DNA from: Pseudomonadota bacterium
GTDB taxonomy: Bacteria > Bdellovibrionota_B > Oligoflexia > Oligoflexales > RGVZ01
Direction of reading: 5' to 3'
DNA length: 43,703 nucleotides
Assembly (NCBI GenBank): GCA_041178085.1
Contig: JBEGVZ010000088.1
Coordinates: forward strand, 1-43,703
Program-made: the position numbers and the translations under genes
Part shown: piece after piece, positions 37,752-43,703 of the stretch
Layout: every line of letters starts with the position of its first letter
Position numbering within the stretch: the first letter of the stretch is position 1
The notes under the pieces: generated by a model
What the model saw: only the letters and a program-made list of their open reading frames with translations
Database searches by the model: none
Told to the model about the DNA's origin: nothing

Positions 37752-39527
37752 ATGGCATTCCTTGCGAAGAAACTGTCTCTTCGGATCTTTCTGCACGCCT
37801 CCGTCAGCATCGCACTCCTCGCGGCAACCGGCATATCTTGCTCGATTGGCGAAGCACCAGCTGATGCGGCAATCGCCGCGTCAGCTGCGCAACAAACACG
37901 CGGCTACTTCATTTCCATCGATGGGCTGCAACCACGACTGCTCGAGTCGTACCTGAATTCCAGTTCAGCCCGAGCCGGTGGTTTCAAAAAGCTGTGGAGC
38001 CACGGAACCGTATTCTCGCACGCCAAAGCGCACATGATATCGATCACTGCGGCCAGCCACGCATCCACTGCGACCTGCTCTTCGCCGGCAAAACACGGAA
38101 TCACGGGAAACCACTTCCTGCGCGGCCACAAACGCGTCAGCGGTTTCAAGGAACCCCTCAATGCAGAGACCATGTGGCAGGCAGCACGCCGTCAAGGAAA
38201 GAAAGTCGCGTCGTTCGCCTACGTTGCCGTCGACGGCAGTTCACCTGAGCGCAGCGCTGACATCGGGATCACTTACCCGGACGATTCCATGATGGGGAAA
38301 CCTGCCGTCGTGACGCTGACGGAGAATGGCGGAAAGCCCGTTGAACTGGTTACGACCCTGGATCCTGCAAAAGACGTAAAGGTCACACTGAAATTCTCAG
38401 CCACTGTCGCAACAAGTGTGCCCGGCAAGGGCGCGCGCGTTGATTACACAGACCTTGCCGGCAAAAACCATACGGTCACGCTACCTGGTGCAGGCTCCAG
38501 GGACAAAACTGCAAACATATTGATTCATGACGGGGAGCGGATGCGCAAGATCTTGATCCGCCGGCTTGCATCTCCAGAACACACCTGGCTTGTTTCACGC
38601 GCCTCTTACAATGCGGCTCACCCGGATGCCTTTCGCAGGAGTCTTGACGAAGCTGGCTTGGTCTGGCCCGACGTCAACATCAAGGGACTTGACGTCGATC
38701 TGGCGCCATCGGACGCAGTCGCTGTCCAGGGAAGCCTTGACGACTTCATCACGGAAGTTGCGGTGAAGACCGTCAAGGAAACAAACCCGGATATCGTTTT
38801 GTTTTACCAGCCGCTCATCGACTCGACCGGACACGGATTCCAGAACAAACTTCCAGATACGGGTAACATCCACGGCAAAGATGCCGTCTCGATGGCCTTC
38901 AAACAAGCCTTTACACGCGTCGACGGGAACCTGCGACGGTTGCTTTCCACGTCCCGGCCAAGCGATGTCGTCGCCATGATGGGGGATCACGGCATGACGG
39001 CGACGACCGACAACTTGAATGTGGCGCCGCTGCTTCCTGCGGGAATCGATAAGGTTTTTGACGTCTACGGTTCAGACTCGATGCTCTACCTGTACCCTGT
39101 TGCGGGAAATCCAGATCCAGTTCAAATGAAGCAATACGGTCAGAAGCTTGGTGAAGCTCTTGGCGCGCTGACAAGAAATGGCAAGCCGGTGGTGGAAATG
39201 GTCGCCGAGAAATCGCCCGAAAATATCCAGACATGGAATTATGGCGACGCCGCTTGGGCATTTCGTTCGGCGGAGGGCATCTGGTTCGTAAACAATCCGC
39301 TTTCAACGGAGACATTCCTGCCCGCGAAGGTTCCAGGAATCCATGGCCATAATCCTGATTTTGCCTCAATGCATACTGTGCTCGCTTTCTCTGGCCCGAA
39401 AGTAAAAAGCCAGATCATCCGGGAGCCGGTCATCTCGCTTGTCGATGCCGTCCCGACCTTTGCGCATTTACTCAACCTGGATCCGCCGGCGCATTGCGAG
39501 GGAAAATCCCTGCTTTCAGAACGTTGA
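37752..39527 (+). CDS. Alkaline phosphatase superfamily / nucleotide pyrophosphatase-type exported protein (probable lipoprotein)
   Basis: ISIDG; SITAASH (Thr nucleophile); HGITGN; DSTGH; GDHGM; GIHG; DAVPT; lipobox-like GISC. Confidence 0.85.
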   Translation: MAFLAKKLSLRIFLHASVSIALLAATGISCSIGEAPADAAIAASAAQQTRGYFISIDGLQPRLLESYLNSSSARAGGFKKLWSHGTVFSHAKAHMISITAASHASTATCSSPAKHGITGNHFLRGHKRVSGFKEPLNAETMWQAARRQGKKVASFAYVAVDGSSPERSADIGITYPDDSMMGKPAVVTLTENGGKPVELVTTLDPAKDVKVTLKFSATVATSVPGKGARVDYTDLAGKNHTVTLPGAGSRDKTANILIHDGERMRKILIRRLASPEHTWLVSRASYNAAHPDAFRRSLDEAGLVWPDVNIKGLDVDLAPSDAVAVQGSLDDFITEVAVKTVKETNPDIVLFYQPLIDSTGHGFQNKLPDTGNIHGKDAVSMAFKQAFTRVDGNLRRLLSTSRPSDVVAMMGDHGMTATTDNLNVAPLLPAGIDKVFDVYGSDSMLYLYPVAGNPDPVQMKQYGQKLGEALGALTRNGKPVVEMVAEKSPENIQTWNYGDAAWAFRSAEGIWFVNNPLSTETFLPAKVPGIHGHNPDFASMHTVLAFSGPKVKSQIIREPVISLVDAVPTFAHLLNLDPPAHCEGKSLLSER

Positions 39528-39536
39528 GGGGGACTT

Positions 39537-41360
39537 ATGCGTTTGTTCTGGGCCAGGTTTAAGACCCGTCGTGCTTTTCCATTTGTTTGGGCTTTTGTTG
39601 CCACATTTGCCGGTGGGTTACTGTGGAACTGCGGAGGTTCAAGCAAGCGCTCCAATGGTGATGGTGGTGACAACCTGATCCCGGCAGGATGGGATGGGCT
39701 GTCAGACTGGGCTGGTTCGAGATGGATTGTTGCAGATCCTGCCAATTCATTGCTGGCCTCCGTAAGCAATACTGGCCAAATCCGTTCTAAGGAGCTGCGG
39801 AAATGCCTGCGCAATGCGGGCAAGCTACGCGATGGTTCTTATCGCGTCCGGGCGAAGTTTTATCAGGGTGGTTCCTTCTCCCTCAGCCTTGCTGGTAATC
39901 CAGAGGTTGAGTCCATGACTCTTCGCGCAAGCCCCGAAGTTTCAGAGGCTATTCTAAGTTTGTCTACGGCGGCCAGACTTGCCGAAGTTGCGGCACAGTT
40001 GCACGGCAGCCTGACCGGGTGCACAGGCATCGAAGTGATCAGTGGGGGCGGCGTGGTTGACTGCGGTTTGTCGCTACTGGCCCCGTCGCAGACTGCGATC
40101 ACGGGCCCCGTCTACGACGAAACCATAAGTATTGACGCAGTGAGCGCAAGGCAGGCCGAAGTTTCCGCAACGAACATCATCTCGGGCATGACCCAGCTAC
40201 AAAACCTGAATAGCCGATATGCCCTTGGTGCAGGTGCTGCGACTGCAACGACCACGGTCGAGCAGATGTTCAACTCCGCCGCCGCCGGATGGTCATCAGG
40301 TTTCACAACGACAAAGATCAGCCATTCCGGTGCCACGGCAGCCCAACAAACGGTGGTTTCGTCCCTCACGGGTGGCGATGACAACAACACCATAATCGTA
40401 ATTGGATCCCATCTTGACTCAATCAACCCGTCAAACCAGGCCTCTGCTCCCGGTGCGGACGACAATGCGTCTGGCGTCGCGATCCTGGCCGAGACGATGC
40501 GCGTTCTTTCTGCGGCAGGGACTGGATTCAAGAGGCGCGTTGAGTGGCATGCATACGCCGCCGAGGAGCTCGGCCTGATCGGGAGCGGCGCCCTTGCGCA
40601 AAGCTACGCCGCCCAGGGCAAAAAAGTTTCCGCAATGCTGCAAGTCGACATGGCTTCATGGGCGACGGACAGCGGCAACTCAACCATCCACGTCGTGACA
40701 TCAGACACAACGACCATCCTGCGCCGCTCGCTCAAGGACTTGCTCACCACCTACCTAGGCGGTGACTTCACGGAACTGCCGCTTCCAGGAAGTGGGACTT
40801 CTGATCATCGCAGTTGGAGCCGCGCTGGGTTTCCTGCAGTTTTTCCATTCGAGAATCCCCGCGCATACAACCCCAACATGCACTCTTCAAATGACACCGT
40901 CGCCAACGCGAATGCAACAGGCCTTGCGGTGCGCATTGCTAAACTGATCGTCGCGTTTGTTTCGCATCATGCTGGCGTTAACGGCTCCGAAGCGGACCAT
41001 GCTGCCAAGCTGCAGGCTTCACCCCGCAGCCCAGACATCAAATTTGCCGTACTTGAGGAAGATCAGGTTCAGCAGGAACTGCTTCCCGCTGACTTCCAGG
41101 CAGGTGGCACCGTGGTGGTCATAAGTGCACCAACAGAAGTGTCGGCCGTTGAAATTTGCAATGTACAAGGCACGGCTACGACGTGCACCTCTGACAGGAC
41201 CGTCGCAACCGCGATACAGACCGGCAGTCTTCCGGCGGGCAGGAATTTCTTTTATGCAGTGTTCCCGCCAGATTCCCACATCCAGGCCGAGCGTGCGTTC
41301 GCTTACAGTTCCGAGAACACACCTACCCACGGCAGGAATGTGAGTTTGACCCGAAAATGA
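39537..41360 (+). CDS. M28 zinc aminopeptidase (bacterial leucyl aminopeptidase-like), exported
   Basis: GSHLDS; GADDNASG; AAEELGLIGS; SDH; NMHS; N-terminal hydrophobic segment followed by Cys (LWNC). Confidence 0.9.
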   Translation: MRLFWARFKTRRAFPFVWAFVATFAGGLLWNCGGSSKRSNGDGGDNLIPAGWDGLSDWAGSRWIVADPANSLLASVSNTGQIRSKELRKCLRNAGKLRDGSYRVRAKFYQGGSFSLSLAGNPEVESMTLRASPEVSEAILSLSTAARLAEVAAQLHGSLTGCTGIEVISGGGVVDCGLSLLAPSQTAITGPVYDETISIDAVSARQAEVSATNIISGMTQLQNLNSRYALGAGAATATTTVEQMFNSAAAGWSSGFTTTKISHSGATAAQQTVVSSLTGGDDNNTIIVIGSHLDSINPSNQASAPGADDNASGVAILAETMRVLSAAGTGFKRRVEWHAYAAEELGLIGSGALAQSYAAQGKKVSAMLQVDMASWATDSGNSTIHVVTSDTTTILRRSLKDLLTTYLGGDFTELPLPGSGTSDHRSWSRAGFPAVFPFENPRAYNPNMHSSNDTVANANATGLAVRIAKLIVAFVSHHAGVNGSEADHAAKLQASPRSPDIKFAVLEEDQVQQELLPADFQAGGTVVVISAPTEVSAVEICNVQGTATTCTSDRTVATAIQTGSLPAGRNFFYAVFPPDSHIQAERAFAYSSENTPTHGRNVSLTRK

Positions 41361-41388
41361 TCCGCTGACTCTGGAGTCGCGCCAGTCG

Positions 41389-42486
41389 TTAAAGACTGGC
41401 CGGCTTGGCAGCAGCAGGTTTTTTTCCGGAAACCGTGTAGCCCGGCGTCGCTGGCAAACGGGGCATGTCAACCTTGGGAAATTCACCCGTCAATGAACCA
41501 AGGAATGCAACGATCGCCTTGACATCATCATCCGGCAGGTCTTTGTCGAGCTGGGTCTTCGCCATGACGCGGACTGCTTCATCCAGAGAAGCCACTGAAC
41601 CGTTGTGGAAATAAGGAGCCGTCAGGGCAACATTGCGCCAGGTGGGAACGCGCCACATATGGCGATCCGAAGCCTTTTTGGTGGACGCAAAACGACCAGC
41701 GTCCTCTTTCAGCGCATACCGCTTCACATAGGCGTTTTTCTCGTACACTGGAAACCGCTGAAAAAACCCGGTGCCTTCCGGCAGGGCTGGCCCCGCAAAG
41801 TTGACGCCTGAATGACAACCGACACAGCCAGTGGACTGGACCAGTTCATAACCCCGTTTTTCGGTCGCAGAGATCGCGACTTTTTCACCGCTCAAGAAGC
41901 GGTCCCAACGGCTTTTGGGAGTGATTAGCGTGCGCTCAAAGGACGCGATCGCCTTGGCCAGGTTGTCGATATTCATGGGCGCGTTCTCGCCCGGAAATGC
42001 TGCCGCAAACTCAGCGCGATACTCGGGAATACCGGCGACCACGGACATCACTGCGTCATGATCCTTCATGCCCATCTCAATCGGGTTGGTGAGGGGACCT
42101 TTTGCTTGTTCCTCCAGGCTTGCCGCACGACCGTCCCAGAACTGTGCGGACATGAAGGCTGCATTCCACACGGATGGCGCAGAGCGTCCGCCCTTTTGAC
42201 CACGAATTCCGACGCTCACGGGACGATTGTCTTCTCCACCCGCCATGACGTTGTGACAGCTGTTGCAGGAGATCGTGCCATCCGCAGAAAGACGAGGGTC
42301 GAAATAAAGTTTCTTGCCCAATTCAACCTTCGCTGGAGTGACTGGATTAGAAGCCGGTGCGGGAGCAGCTTCAGGCAGAGGTGCAACCAGACTTTCCGCG
42401 CGGGCAGACAAGCTTGCGGTTACCGCCAACAAAGTCAAACCCTGGGTAAGAAGGGTGCGGAAAACGTTTCTCGAAGACGCGTTCAT
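41389..42486 (-). CDS. Di-heme cytochrome c peroxidase (CcpA/MauG family)
   Basis: LGKKLYFDPRLS; CNSCH and CVGCH heme motifs; QFWDGRA; NPIEM; TAPYFHNGS; signal peptide ending ARA. Confidence 0.93.
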   Translation of the reverse strand: MNASSRNVFRTLLTQGLTLLAVTASLSARAESLVAPLPEAAPAPASNPVTPAKVELGKKLYFDPRLSADGTISCNSCHNVMAGGEDNRPVSVGIRGQKGGRSAPSVWNAAFMSAQFWDGRAASLEEQAKGPLTNPIEMGMKDHDAVMSVVAGIPEYRAEFAAAFPGENAPMNIDNLAKAIASFERTLITPKSRWDRFLSGEKVAISATEKRGYELVQSTGCVGCHSGVNFAGPALPEGTGFFQRFPVYEKNAYVKRYALKEDAGRFASTKKASDRHMWRVPTWRNVALTAPYFHNGSVASLDEAVRVMAKTQLDKDLPDDDVKAIVAFLGSLTGEFPKVDMPRLPATPGYTVSGKKPAAAKPASL

Positions 42487-42595
42487 GGGAATACCTCCAA
42501 CGGGAACAAGCCCGCAGGGGAGGCAAATATCGGGCATTCCGGCAAAGGTCAAGCATCCGGAAGACCCTTCTTCAGAGGGGTGGGGCCATTGCCCG

Positions 42596-42844
42596 TCAGT
42601 TGCAGCTGACGGTCAGGTCCGAGCAGTAGATGCTCTCGTTCCAGTAACCGGTCATCACTTCTCCGCTGAAACAACGGGTGCCGCCCGACAAGCGGGGGTA
42701 GGACACCTGAACCTGACAAATCCCTTCCGTGATGGCCTGGCGAACTGACGCGGCATCGACCGTCGCAAAAGACTTGCCGACGAGGGAGCTGGCGAGAATC
42801 GCTCCAACGGCACCAGCTAAAACAGAAAAAAGAAGGTTTTTCAT
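42596..42844 (-). CDS. Small exported Cys-containing protein
   Basis: Signal-like N-terminus ending SFA; 4 Cys; GGAG RBS. Confidence 0.6.
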   Translation of the reverse strand: MKNLLFSVLAGAVGAILASSLVGKSFATVDAASVRQAITEGICQVQVSYPRLSGGTRCFSGEVMTGYWNESIYCSDLTVSCN

Positions 42845-42941
42845 GGACTTGCTCCGTTTGTAAGAGTGGCCTCCTGGGTATTTTAGCGCAAACTAATCAA
42901 ATACCCTCAAGAAATCAGAGGTATATTCCGATATTCCCACA

Positions 42942-43676
42942 ATGATTGGTGAAATCACAAAACTTCGTTTCTTCAGTGCCATTCTTGCAGCGGGCATCGT
43001 GAGTGGCTGTGCCCGGTCTAACTTTCAAGGTGGAAACGGCACAAAACCAAAAATCCAGCTGCGCCCCTGCCCAGCCGGGCAATGCAACGAGCTTCCAGGG
43101 TCGGGATTACCAGGGAGCACCCCCGAACCAATTGTGCCAAAAGCCTGCAATGCCCAGACCTTGGTCCCTGTTGCAGCCGGTGGGACCTGTCCCGATGATT
43201 ATGCTGTGTTCGGAATCGATGACCCGACCAGCAGGCAGACGGCTGGTCACCTGGCCTGCTGCCCTTTACCCGCCGGTGATATTTTAACCGGAGGCATTGA
43301 ATTACGCCCAGGAGGAACCTGTTCGACCAATGAGGTGTTGGTTGGCAACGAGATCCTCGATAACCAGATTTCCAACGCCAAATGCAGGGCAATCAATACA
43401 AACTCCTACAAGCTCAGCAGTGCAGGAGTCGATGTCTGTTATTTCGGCGACGCTTCAACCGGTCGGGGAAATGCACCCAGGTGCAGCAGCAAAGGATCCA
43501 TACCGGACGCGTTCTTTGCGATCACAGATCCCAAGGCCAGCATGATGGGCGAGGATGGATGCCTCAATTTCCCTTGGGGAAGTCTTTCGGTTGCCCAGAC
43601 CGGAAGGAACTGCGATACCCAGCGGGCCATGCAGCTTCAAAAAATCGATGGCACACCAGTAAAGATGTTTGAATGA
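42942..43676 (+). CDS. Cys-rich lipoprotein, function unknown
   Basis: Lipobox VSGC; Pro/Gly linker; 12 further Cys; two GGTC-x4-V-x-G-like repeats. Confidence 0.7.
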   Translation: MIGEITKLRFFSAILAAGIVSGCARSNFQGGNGTKPKIQLRPCPAGQCNELPGSGLPGSTPEPIVPKACNAQTLVPVAAGGTCPDDYAVFGIDDPTSRQTAGHLACCPLPAGDILTGGIELRPGGTCSTNEVLVGNEILDNQISNAKCRAINTNSYKLSSAGVDVCYFGDASTGRGNAPRCSSKGSIPDAFFAITDPKASMMGEDGCLNFPWGSLSVAQTGRNCDTQRAMQLQKIDGTPVKMFE

Positions 43677-43703
43677 AGGGCTCGTGAACTGGTTGGGCGC
43701 CGT

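Noticed and set aside
34042..42486. trxA, hemerythrin and cytochrome c peroxidase as an oxidative-stress island
   Set aside because: The genes are on different strands and separated by unrelated genes, and I saw no shared regulatory motif.

Overview
Mostly housekeeping bacterial chromosome. The gene content (topoisomerase VI, mfd-PPIase-surA, MqnC-like radical SAM, Cys-rich lipoproteins) suggests a Bdellovibrionota/Oligoflexia-like or other 'deltaproteobacterial' organism; this is an inference. Left end: top6B (partial)-top6A-mfd-PPIase-surA on +, converging on an OB-fold lipoprotein plus a lone lptG-like gene. Centre (9.2-23.8 kb, - strand): the S10-spc-alpha ribosomal protein cluster from rpsJ to rplQ, ending in an intrinsic terminator. 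It lacks rplX (L24) and map at their usual positions and has a divergent, tail-extended L29. Upstream of rpsJ are a sigma70-like promoter and a multi-stem leader. Right part: olsB/olsA-like acyltransferases with an M14 peptidase, map, an orphan ABC solute-binding protein, an FAD oxidoreductase, a GHMP kinase, a degenerate sigma54-activator-like protein, trxA-rnhB-yraN, rplS, a hemerythrin-domain protein, an mqnC-like/phosphodiesterase/M28 aminopeptidase operon, a di-heme cytochrome c peroxidase and two Cys-rich exported proteins. I found no tRNA, rRNA, CRISPR array or mobile element, and no clearly new multi-gene system. The best leads are the S10 leader RNA with matching rpsJ/rplC initiation regions, the missing L24 with remodelled L29, and bacterial Topo VI coupled to mfd.
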